The translations under genes were made by a program, and so were the position numbers. From positions 4,128,001 through 4,192,000 of the forward strand of contig OY970192.1 in the NCBI GenBank assembly GCA_963708135.1: 64,000 nucleotides of DNA, in the 5' to 3' direction. This stretch comes from an uncultured Gemmatimonadales bacterium. Lineage in GTDB: Bacteria > Gemmatimonadota > Gemmatimonadetes > Longimicrobiales > RSA9. The notes below the pieces were generated by a model. It was not told the origin of the DNA and ran no database searches. It saw only the letters and a list, made by a program, of their open reading frames with translations. The number at the start of each line of letters is the position of its first letter. Positions within the stretch are counted from its first letter, which is position 1. This document shows positions 49,505 to 57,964 of the stretch, piece after piece.

Positions 49505-50562
49505 GCCTGCGGGAGCGACACGCCGCGCTGGGGGCCCGGTTCGCGACGGAGGGGGGCCTGGAGGTGCCCCGCCACTACGGCGAGCCGGCGGCGGAGTACG
49601 CCGCGGCGCGGGATCGCGCCGCCGTGTTCGACCGCGCCGAGCGCACCTTCCTGCGGGTGCACGGCCGTGATCCCGTGCGCATGATCCAGGGACTCCTCAC
49701 CAACGACCTGTCCGGCGCGCCGGCCGACCGCGCGGTCTACGGCGCGTTCCTCACGCCGAAGGGGCGCATGGTGGCCGACGCCCGTGTGCTGCGGGAGGAG
49801 GGCGGCGCCCTGCTGCTCGACGTCGAAAAGACCGCCCGGGACGCGCTGGTCGCGCACCTCCAGCGCTACGTGCCGCCGCTGTTCGCGCGCGTCGATGCGG
49901 GGCCCGCCGGGGAGCCGGCGATGCTCGGCGTCTACGGGCCCACGGCCGCGGCGGTGCTCGAGACGGTGCTGGGCACGGCTCCCCCCCCGGCAGCCGCGGA
50001 GCACGCGTTGTGGACGCTGTCGTGGCGGGCCGGCGAGGCGCGCGTGCTCCGCAGCGCGCTGACGGGCGATCCGGGCGGGTACGACGTGATCGTGCCGGGC
50101 GCGGCGCTGCCCGCGCTGTGGGACGCGATGATCGCGGCGGGCGCGCGACCGGCGGGCCACGGCGCGCTGGAGGTGCTGCGGATCGAGGCGGGCCGGCCGC
50201 GTTGGGGCCGCGAGCTCGACGAGACGGTGATCCCGCTGGAGGCGGGGCTGCGGGCGAGCGCGATCAGCGAGACGAAGGGGTGCTATACGGGGCAGGAGGT
50301 GATCGTCCGCATCCTCCACCGCGGCCACGTGAACCGGTCGCTTCGCGGGCTCCTTCTCGGCGACGTCCCCGCGCCGGCCTCCGGCGCGCCGCTGACCTCG
50401 CCGGACACGGGCCGGGAGGTCGGACGCGTGACCAGCGCGTGCGCCTCGCCCCGACTCGGGCAGACGATCGCGCTGGCGTACGTGCGGCGCGAGATCGAGC
50501 CGGACGGCCGGGTGCTCGTCGGGGGAGACACCGAAGCGAAAGTCGTGGCGCTGCCCTTCTGA
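49501..50562 (+). CDS. Folate-binding YgfZ/GcvT family protein
   Basis: KGCYTGQE signature; LTPKGRM. Confidence 0.9.
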   Translation: MSLRERHAALGARFATEGGLEVPRHYGEPAAEYAAARDRAAVFDRAERTFLRVHGRDPVRMIQGLLTNDLSGAPADRAVYGAFLTPKGRMVADARVLREEGGALLLDVEKTARDALVAHLQRYVPPLFARVDAGPAGEPAMLGVYGPTAAAVLETVLGTAPPPAAAEHALWTLSWRAGEARVLRSALTGDPGGYDVIVPGAALPALWDAMIAAGARPAGHGALEVLRIEAGRPRWGRELDETVIPLEAGLRASAISETKGCYTGQEVIVRILHRGHVNRSLRGLLLGDVPAPASGAPLTSPDTGREVGRVTSACASPRLGQTIALAYVRREIEPDGRVLVGGDTEAKVVALPF

Positions 50563-50603
50563 ACGTGGGTCCCCGGACCCGCAGCTCCAATGGGAGTCGT
50601 GTC

Positions 50604-51860
50604 ATGGTGCCGACGCGCACGCTGCGGCAGGATGCCCCCGGCACGGCGGCCCGCCGCCGCCTCGGCCGGCTCCGTGTCATCGGCCCGGGCGCGATCGTGG
50701 CCGCGGCGTTCATCGGGCCGGGCACCGTGACGACGGCGACGCTGGCGGGAGCGCGCTACGGCTACGCCCTCCTGTGGGCGCTCACATTCTCGGTTATCGC
50801 CACGCTCGTGCTCCAGGAGATGGCGGCGCGGCTCGGGCTGGTCACCGGGGCAGGCCTCGGGGAGGCGGTCCGGCACCGGTTCCAGGGCCCGGCGGCGCGG
50901 CTCGTCGCGGTGGGGCTCGTCATCTCGGCGATCGCGTTCGGCAACGCCGCCTACGAGACGGGCAACATCCTCGGCGCGACGCTCGGCGCGCAGGGCGCGG
51001 CGGGCGGGGGCACCGGGATCTGGGCGGTGGGACTGGCCGCGCTCGCGTTCCTCCTTCTCTGGACGGGTAGCTACCGGCTGGTGGAGCGGGTGCTGATCGG
51101 GCTCGTGGTGCTCATGTCCGTGGTGTTCCTGGCCACTGCCGTGGTGCTGCGCCCGCCGCTCGGCGCCATGCTGCACGGCCTCATCGTTCCGTCGCTTCCG
51201 GGCGGGCGTGCGGGCCTGGTCCTGACCGTGGCGCTGATCGGCACGACCGTGGTGCCGTACAACCTGTTTCTGCACGCGGCCGTCGTGCGCGAGCGGTGGC
51301 CGGGCCCGGAAGCGCTCGGCGCGGCCAGGCTGGACCTGGGGATCTCGATCGTTCTCGGTGGCGTGATCAGCATGGCGATCGTGGCCACGTCCGCCGCGGC
51401 GATCGGCGGCGGCAGCGCGATCGCCAGCGCGGCCGACATGGCGCCGCAGCTCCAGCCGCTGCTCGGCTCCTGGGCGCGCATCTTCTTCGCGGCCGGGCTC
51501 ATGGCCGCTGGACTCAGCTCGGCCATCACGGCCCCGCTCGCGGCAGCCTACGCCACGGCCGGCGCGCTCGGCTGGAGCCGCGACCTGCGTGCGGGACGCG
51601 TGCGGGCCGTCTGGGCGACGGTGCTCCTCACCGGCCTCGCCTTCTCGCTCTCCGGCGTGAAACCCGTCCCCGCGATCGTCTTCGCGCAGGTGGCGAACGG
51701 GGTGCTGCTCCCCGCCATCGCCGTGTTCCTGCTGCTCGCGGCCAACGACCCGGACGCGATGGGCGCGTGGCGGAACCGCATGTGGATGAACGTGCTGGCC
51801 GGGCTCGTCGTGCTGGTGGCGCTGGGGCTCGGTCTGTGGGCGGTCGCGCGCGCGGTGTGA
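50604..51860 (+). CDS. Nramp-related divalent metal transporter
   Basis: GPGAIVAAAFIGPGTV, QEMAARLG, GTTVVPYNLFLH. Confidence 0.88.
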   Translation: MVPTRTLRQDAPGTAARRRLGRLRVIGPGAIVAAAFIGPGTVTTATLAGARYGYALLWALTFSVIATLVLQEMAARLGLVTGAGLGEAVRHRFQGPAARLVAVGLVISAIAFGNAAYETGNILGATLGAQGAAGGGTGIWAVGLAALAFLLLWTGSYRLVERVLIGLVVLMSVVFLATAVVLRPPLGAMLHGLIVPSLPGGRAGLVLTVALIGTTVVPYNLFLHAAVVRERWPGPEALGAARLDLGISIVLGGVISMAIVATSAAAIGGGSAIASAADMAPQLQPLLGSWARIFFAAGLMAAGLSSAITAPLAAAYATAGALGWSRDLRAGRVRAVWATVLLTGLAFSLSGVKPVPAIVFAQVANGVLLPAIAVFLLLAANDPDAMGAWRNRMWMNVLAGLVVLVALGLGLWAVARAV

Positions 51861-52137
51861 TGCGGCGGGCGAGATCTGGCGCTGCCCGGTCGAGCGGCTG
51901 TCGCGGCTCGACGCTCACGAGGCGATCGCCGATCGGCTCTTCCGGCGGGTGGGCATGCTGGTGGGCGACGTGCCGTGCTGGGCATACGTGGCGGGGCCGC
52001 GCCTGACGAAGTCGCGCGGCCCCGCCAGGCGGATCGCGGCGGGTCGGTGGCGGGAACCCGTCTTGCAACTCGGCGGCACGTTGCGCGGCCCCACGGATGG
52101 CGGGCCGGGCCGCCGCGCCCCCGGTTTCCCGCCGTGA
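51859..52137 (+). pseudogene. C-terminal remnant of a gamma-glutamylcyclotransferase (AIG2-like) gene
   Basis: Frame reads GEIWRCP..LSRLDAHE....LFRRV......CWAYVAGP...RIAAGRW; no N-terminal FVYG motif or matching start. Confidence 0.5.
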
Positions 52138-52148
52138 AGGAGGGAGCC

Positions 52149-52694
52149 ATGAAGCCCGACCGCACACGGGTGCTCCTCGAAGGCCTCATCGCCGGCGCGC
52201 TTGGCTATGCCACGATCGCGCTGACGCTCGGCACCCTGGACCTCGCCCTCGGCAAGCCGCTCTTCTACACGGCGGCCATCCTCGGTCATGCCCTCTTCTT
52301 CCCCGGCGGAGACCCCGCGCTCGCGCCGATCGCGGCGGGCCCGATCATCGCCGCCAACGGAGCGCACCTCGTGCTCTCGCTGGTCGTGGGGACGGGCGCG
52401 GCCTTCCTCGTACTGGAGGCGGAGCGCCATCCCGATCTCTTCTACGTGATCTTCCTCCTCGCCCTGTTCTTCGTCCTCTCCACCACGGTCGCGCTGCTCG
52501 GCGTGCCTTCGTCGATCGGGCGCGCGGTGCCGTGGTGGGCGCTGCTCGTCGCGAACGTGGCGGCCGCGCTCGTCGCCGGAGCCTACCTCTGGCGCGCCCA
52601 TCCGCGGCTGCGGCAGGAGCTCGAGATGCTGGCCGGCGACGATGGCAGCATGGCGGCCGGGACGGCCGGCGTCGGGCAGCCCTCGGCGGGCTGA
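52149..52694 (+). CDS. Hypothetical four-TM membrane protein
   Basis: GGAGGGAG RBS; hydrophobic helices. Confidence 0.75.
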   Translation: MKPDRTRVLLEGLIAGALGYATIALTLGTLDLALGKPLFYTAAILGHALFFPGGDPALAPIAAGPIIAANGAHLVLSLVVGTGAAFLVLEAERHPDLFYVIFLLALFFVLSTTVALLGVPSSIGRAVPWWALLVANVAAALVAGAYLWRAHPRLRQELEMLAGDDGSMAAGTAGVGQPSAG

Positions 52695-52826
52695 GGCCCG
52701 GGATCCCGGGAGGCGGGCGTCGGTCGGTCGATCCGACCGGGCGTTTCGTCCGGCCGCCGGGGCGCTATACGACAACGTCCGCCTGGGTCGGTTGCCACAA
52801 CACCCGGTCGTGTCCATACTTGTGAC

Positions 52827-53285
52827 ATGCCAGCCCGATCGGGATTTCCCCGTGCGACGGCGCGCGCCGTGGTGGCCCTTGCGGGCGGCCTGCTCGCGGG
52901 CGCGTGCGGGTCCGGCCACCTCTCACCGTACCGGGCGCAGCTGGAGGGGAGCTGGCGCTGGGTCGAGTCGTCGGGTGGAGTGGCGGGGAGGACGCTGACG
53001 CCGGGGTCGGAGGGGTACGGCGTGACGTTCCGCTTCCTGGCGGAGCATCGGCTCTCGGTGCTGCGTGACGGCCAGGTGCGTGTTAGCACCGGATACAGGC
53101 TGGAGGACTCGACGGCGCGGGGCCAGCCCGGCGCGGTGCTCGTGCGCTACGGGCTGCCGGTGGATGTGTTCAGGTTCGATCCGGACCTCGCGGCACAGCG
53201 GATCGCGCGGCTGACGGCGGACACGCTCCGCCTGGCGGATCCGTGCTGCGACCGATACGAGCACCTGTTCCTGCGGGCGCGCTGA
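52827..53285 (+). CDS. Hypothetical lipoprotein, probably leaderless
   Basis: Lipobox LAGAC; W.WVESSGG.AG and DPCCD motifs; TTGCCA-17-CATACT-6-ATG. Confidence 0.7.
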   Translation: MPARSGFPRATARAVVALAGGLLAGACGSGHLSPYRAQLEGSWRWVESSGGVAGRTLTPGSEGYGVTFRFLAEHRLSVLRDGQVRVSTGYRLEDSTARGQPGAVLVRYGLPVDVFRFDPDLAAQRIARLTADTLRLADPCCDRYEHLFLRAR

Positions 53286-53325
53286 GTCGGCGCCGCCCGT
53301 CTCTCCTCGAAAAGGATGACTTGTC

Positions 53326-54294
53326 ATGGAAGCAGACCGGGGCGGCCCGGCCATCGTGGTGCGGGCGGCGCGGAAGGCGTTCGGCGACATCGTGGCTGTG
53401 GGCGGCATCGACCTGACGATCCCGCGGGGCGCGACGTACGGGCTGCTCGGGCCGAACGGGGCGGGCAAGACGACGACGATCCGGATGATCCTGGGGATCA
53501 TCGAGCCGGACTCCGGCGAGGTGGAGATCCTGGGGCGCCCGGCGTCGCGGGAGCAGCTGGACCGGATCGGCTACCTGCCGGAGGAGCGCGGGTTGTACCG
53601 GCGCATGACGGCGGCGCGGGCGCTGGCGTTCTTCGCGGAGCTCAAGGGGGTGCCGGCGTCGGTCTCGGCTCCGCGCATCCGGCATTGGCTGGAGCGGTTC
53701 GATCTGCTGGACCGGATCGACTCGAAGGTGCAGGAGCTCTCGAAGGGGAACCAGCAGAAGCTGCAGCTGGTGGCGACGCTGCTGCACGAGCCGGAGGTCA
53801 TCGTGCTGGACGAGCCCTTCAGCGGGCTGGACCCGATCAACCAGCAGGTGTTCAAGGACATCATGGCTGAGCTCAAGGCGAAGGGGCGGACGATCCTGTT
53901 CAGCACGCACATGATCGAGCAGGCGGAGCGTTCGTGCGATCACGTGTGCATCATCGCGCGGGGCGAGAAGGTGGTGGACGGCCGGGTCGCGGACGTGAAG
54001 GCGGAGCACGGGACGGTCAACGTCGCCGTCGGGCTGGAGCAGTGGTCGGCGGAGGCGGTGGACCTGGTACGCCGCTCGCCGGTCGTGGCGGAGGTGCGGG
54101 CGGACGGCGCGGACGTGGAGGCGGTGCTCCGGCCGGGCGGCGATTCGGACGAGCTGCTCCGGGAGCTGGTCCGGGCGGGCGTCCGCCTGCGCCGGTTCGA
54201 GCGCATGGAGCCCTCCCTGGAGCAGATCTTCGTGGAACGCGTACGGCGCCAGCCGGACCTCGCGGCGGAGCCGCTGGAGGTGGCGCATGTCTAG
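53326..54294 (+). CDS. ABC transporter ATP-binding protein
   Basis: GPNGAGKTT, LSKGN, LDEPFSGLD. Confidence 0.93.
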   Translation: MEADRGGPAIVVRAARKAFGDIVAVGGIDLTIPRGATYGLLGPNGAGKTTTIRMILGIIEPDSGEVEILGRPASREQLDRIGYLPEERGLYRRMTAARALAFFAELKGVPASVSAPRIRHWLERFDLLDRIDSKVQELSKGNQQKLQLVATLLHEPEVIVLDEPFSGLDPINQQVFKDIMAELKAKGRTILFSTHMIEQAERSCDHVCIIARGEKVVDGRVADVKAEHGTVNVAVGLEQWSAEAVDLVRRSPVVAEVRADGADVEAVLRPGGDSDELLRELVRAGVRLRRFERMEPSLEQIFVERVRRQPDLAAEPLEVAHV

Positions 54295-55567
54295 GACGTG
54301 GGCGGTGGTCAAGCGCGAGTTCACGGAGGTGGTGCGCCGCCGGTCGTACCGGCTCATGACCGTGCTCTTCCCGGTGTTCTACGTGGGAGTCCTCGCTTTC
54401 TTCGTGCTGATCATGCGGGGTGGGGGCGAGGCGCGGGTGACGATCGTGGATGCGACGGGAGTGGGGCTCGGGCAGCGGGTGGAGCAGACGCTCACGACGC
54501 TGCCGCCGGGCGCGGACGCGAGCAAGAGGACGACGTTCCACGCTTCGCTGCTGGCGGTGGGCGCGCAGGACACGGCGGAGGCTCGCTCGGGGCTGCTGGA
54601 GCGGATCGAGGCGAAGCAGCTGGACGGCTACATCCTGCTCCCGCCGGGTGTTCTGACCGGGGCCGAGGCGGTTTACGAGGGGCGGAGCTCGACCAACCTG
54701 CGGCAGATGGAGCAGATCCGGAGCGCCGTGCAGTCGGCGGTGCAGGGTGCGCGGCTGGCGGACCAGGGGGTGGACCCGGTGCGGCTGGCGGCGGCGTTGC
54801 GGCCCATCAAGTTCGAGGCGCTGAAGGCGGGGAAGGGGGCGGCCCAGGGGACGGGGCAGTCGCTGTACCTGCTCGGCTACATTCTGGGCTTCATGGTCTA
54901 CCTGCTGGTGATGATCCACGGGCAGGCGGTGATGCGCAGCGTGCTTGAGGAGAAGAAGGACCGGATCGTGGAAGTGGTCGTGAGCTCGATCCGGGCCAAG
55001 CAGCTGATGCTCGGGAAAGTGCTCGGCATCGGGGGGGCCAGCCTGCTGCAGGTGGGGATCTGGATCGTCACGGGGCTGGTGCTGCTGCGCGCTGCGCCGG
55101 GCATCGCGGCGAGGCTCGGCGGCAGCCTGCCGCCGCTGCCGCAGGTGCCGGTCTCGGTGGCGGTGACGTTCCTGCTGTTCTTCGCGCTCGGCTTCCTGTT
55201 GTACGCCTCGATCTTCGCGGCGCTGGGCGCGATGGCGACTTCGGACCAGGACCTCCAGCAGCTCCAGTTCGTGCCGACGATGCTGCTCATGGTCAGCTAC
55301 TTCGTCATGTTCAAGGCGATGTTGGATCCCGAGGGTACGGTGTCGGTCGTGGCCTCCTGGGTGCCGATCTCGTCGGTGATGGTGATGCCGGTGCGGGCGG
55401 CCATCGTGGCGGTGAGCCCGCTCGAGATCGCGGGCTCCCTCGCGGTGCTGATCGTGACGGGGCTGGGCTTTGTGTGGGTTGGGGGCAAGATCTACCGGAT
55501 CGGCATCCTGGCTACGGGCAAGCGGCCGTCGCTGTCCGAGGTGGTGCATTGGGTGCGCACGGCCTGA
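54287..55567 (+). CDS. ABC-2 type permease (NatB/YhaP-like)
   Basis: VKREF, EEKKDRIVEVVVSS...GKVLG, KIYRIGIL. Confidence 0.9.
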   Translation: MSRTWAVVKREFTEVVRRRSYRLMTVLFPVFYVGVLAFFVLIMRGGGEARVTIVDATGVGLGQRVEQTLTTLPPGADASKRTTFHASLLAVGAQDTAEARSGLLERIEAKQLDGYILLPPGVLTGAEAVYEGRSSTNLRQMEQIRSAVQSAVQGARLADQGVDPVRLAAALRPIKFEALKAGKGAAQGTGQSLYLLGYILGFMVYLLVMIHGQAVMRSVLEEKKDRIVEVVVSSIRAKQLMLGKVLGIGGASLLQVGIWIVTGLVLLRAAPGIAARLGGSLPPLPQVPVSVAVTFLLFFALGFLLYASIFAALGAMATSDQDLQQLQFVPTMLLMVSYFVMFKAMLDPEGTVSVVASWVPISSVMVMPVRAAIVAVSPLEIAGSLAVLIVTGLGFVWVGGKIYRIGILATGKRPSLSEVVHWVRTA

Positions 55568-55616
55568 GGCAGGGGCGGCGGGCGGTGGGCGCGGCCGCTC
55601 CGGGGCGGCGCAGCGG

Positions 55617-56669
55617 ATGAGCCCGGGCTGGGTGGTCGCGGCGCTGGTCCTCGGCGGGCTGCTTGCGTGGGTGGCGCTGGAGGTCCGCCGGCTCACGCGC
55701 GGGACGCCCGAGCCGGTGGCGCGGCTGGAGGCGAAGGTGGAGGCGCTGACGGTGCAGCTCGGCGAGCGGCTGGGCGCGTCGGCGGAGGCGTCCGGGCGGC
55801 TCGCGACGCTCGTGCAGGGGCAGCTGACTGAGGCGGGCCGCACGATGGCCGCGCTGGGGGAGCGGCTGGGGCGGCTGGACGAGGCGACACGGCAGGTCGA
55901 GCGGGTCGGCCAGTCGATCGCGGGGCTCGAGCGGCTGCTGGCCTCGCCGAAGCGGCGCGGCATCTTCGGGGAGGCGGCGCTGGAGGAGCTTCTGGCGGAG
56001 GTGCTGCCGCCCGCGTACGTGCTGCGGCAGCACCGGCTTCCCACGCGGGGCGTGATCGTGGACACGGCGGTGCGGACGGCGGATGGCCGGCTGATCCCGA
56101 TCGACAGCAAGTTTCCGATCGAGGCGTACCGCCGCTTCTCCGAGGCCGAGGGCGGCGAGGAGGGCGAGCGGGAGCGGCTGCGCCGGGAGCTGCAACGCAC
56201 GGTGCGGGCGCGGGTGGACGAGATCGCCACGAAGTACATCTCGCCCGACGACGGCACGCTCGACTTCGCGCTCATGTTCATCCCGGCGGAGAGCGTGTAC
56301 TACGAGCTGGCCGTGCGGGAGAGCGGGCTCGAGCTCGCGGCGTATGCCCGGGAGAGCAGGGTGCTCCTGTGCTCACCGGGGACGCTGTACGCCTATCTCC
56401 AGGCGATCCTGCTGGGGATCCGCGGCGTGGAGGTGGCGCGCCGGGCGCGGGAAATCCAGGCCGCGCTCTCGCACCTGGCGCAGGACGCTTCGGAGGCGCG
56501 CGACTGCCTCGAGCGGGCCGGGCACCAGCTGCGCAACGCCGGCTCGAACGTCGAGCTGGGACAGAAGGCGCTGGAGAAGCTGGAGGCCCGGCTGACGGGG
56601 ATCGCAGCGGTGGAGAGCGGGGCTGTCGACGCCCTGGCGCCGGTTCACGCGGGAGCGGACCGCGGGTAG
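55617..56669 (+). CDS. rmuC: DNA recombination protein RmuC family
   Basis: RG.FGE, IDSKFP, KYI.P...T.DFA.MFIPAESVY. Confidence 0.9.
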   Translation: MSPGWVVAALVLGGLLAWVALEVRRLTRGTPEPVARLEAKVEALTVQLGERLGASAEASGRLATLVQGQLTEAGRTMAALGERLGRLDEATRQVERVGQSIAGLERLLASPKRRGIFGEAALEELLAEVLPPAYVLRQHRLPTRGVIVDTAVRTADGRLIPIDSKFPIEAYRRFSEAEGGEEGERERLRRELQRTVRARVDEIATKYISPDDGTLDFALMFIPAESVYYELAVRESGLELAAYARESRVLLCSPGTLYAYLQAILLGIRGVEVARRAREIQAALSHLAQDASEARDCLERAGHQLRNAGSNVELGQKALEKLEARLTGIAAVESGAVDALAPVHAGADRG

Positions 56670-56686
56670 GTCGTAATGCGGCGGGC

Positions 56687-57715
56687 TCAGCCGCTGGAGC
56701 CGCGGTCGGCTCCGTCGATGGCACCGGCGTGGCGGTAGTTCATGACGCTGGCCGTGGCCAGGCCGGTCAGCTCCACGAGCGCTGGCGCCTCACGCCTCCC
56801 CGCGCGCAGCTCCAGGGCGGCGGCCCGGCGGCCGAGGAAGTCGAGGAAGGCGTGAACCACCGGCGCCGCCTCACCGGTCCAGTAGACGACCCGCTCCGCG
56901 AGCTCCGGCTGATGGACGGCGATGAAGTCGGCCGCGCGACCGCCATCCGGCTCTCCCGTGGCGCCGCGGAAGATGTTCCGCAGATCCGCATCGAACCGGT
57001 GCACGTCCCCGATGAAGAGCGCCGCCTCGCAGTACCGGTACGGCTCCTCCACGGCATAGTGCAGTCCCTCGATGGACGCATCCGGGCGGCGGTCGCCGGG
57101 GCGAGCGGGGAGGTGCGGCCCGATCTCGTGCGCGAGCCGATCGACGTACTCGAGCTTGCGCAGCGCGGGCCAGCGGGCGTACGCCTCGCGCCACTCGCCG
57201 GGCGGGGCGAGCCACGCCGCGAAGGTCTCCGCGAAGTCCTCATTGGGGTGCTTCTGCGCCAGCCAGCCGGGCAGATGCCGGACGAAGTCGCGCGACAACG
57301 GGTCGGCGTGGAACCGCTCGAGGCGCGGTCGGGAGGCGGGCCCGAACCGCTCGCGCCAGGCGGGCCGCTCGTTCAGCCGGTAGGCGGAGGCGAAGGCGTG
57401 GCCTGCATGGTGCCGCAGCAGCATCATCGGCTCACGTCCGGCGTCCGCGGCGCCGGCGCTCTCGGCCTCGAGGGCGGCCAGCACGGGGTCGGCCAGGTAG
57501 AACGGGACCGTGATGACGGCGCCGGCGGCCGGGCAGCGCCAGCCGTCGTCCAGCTCGACGGGCGGGCGAAAGGCGAGCGCACGGGCGTCCAGCTCCGCGT
57601 AGAGCTGCTCGACGAGCCGCTCGAGGGGCGCGCCATGGAGCCGGTCCCGCAGGTCGGACATGCGCCGGCCAACGAGCTCCGCGCGCTGCTGCTCCCACAG
57701 TTCGATGGTTGTCAC
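56687..57715 (-). CDS. Putative zinc-binding metallopeptidase family protein with degenerate HExxH (start uncertain)
   Basis: PFYLA, LLRHHAGHA, HPNEDFAETFAAWL, ALRKLEYV. Confidence 0.7.
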   Translation of the reverse strand: MTTIELWEQQRAELVGRRMSDLRDRLHGAPLERLVEQLYAELDARALAFRPPVELDDGWRCPAAGAVITVPFYLADPVLAALEAESAGAADAGREPMMLLRHHAGHAFASAYRLNERPAWRERFGPASRPRLERFHADPLSRDFVRHLPGWLAQKHPNEDFAETFAAWLAPPGEWREAYARWPALRKLEYVDRLAHEIGPHLPARPGDRRPDASIEGLHYAVEEPYRYCEAALFIGDVHRFDADLRNIFRGATGEPDGGRAADFIAVHQPELAERVVYWTGEAAPVVHAFLDFLGRRAAALELRAGRREAPALVELTGLATASVMNYRHAGAIDGADRGSSG

Positions 57716-57964
57716 GCCGGGCGGTTGCGGGCAAGCTCCGTACCCGGTGTGGAGCGCGGGAAACCGGCGTTCTTCCGTTGCGGAAGCAGGCATCATAGGA
57801 CAGCATGGCCGACCGGGCGGAGGCGGATGGCGACATGAGTGTACCAACGGCGGGTGGGGGTGGGCGTTAGGGTGGGGCAAAAACGGGGGCACGAGGGGTG
57901 GGGATACGACGGGAGGAACCGCGGTTGGGGGGCGCGGATGGGGGGAGTGCAGGGTGTGCGGGGC

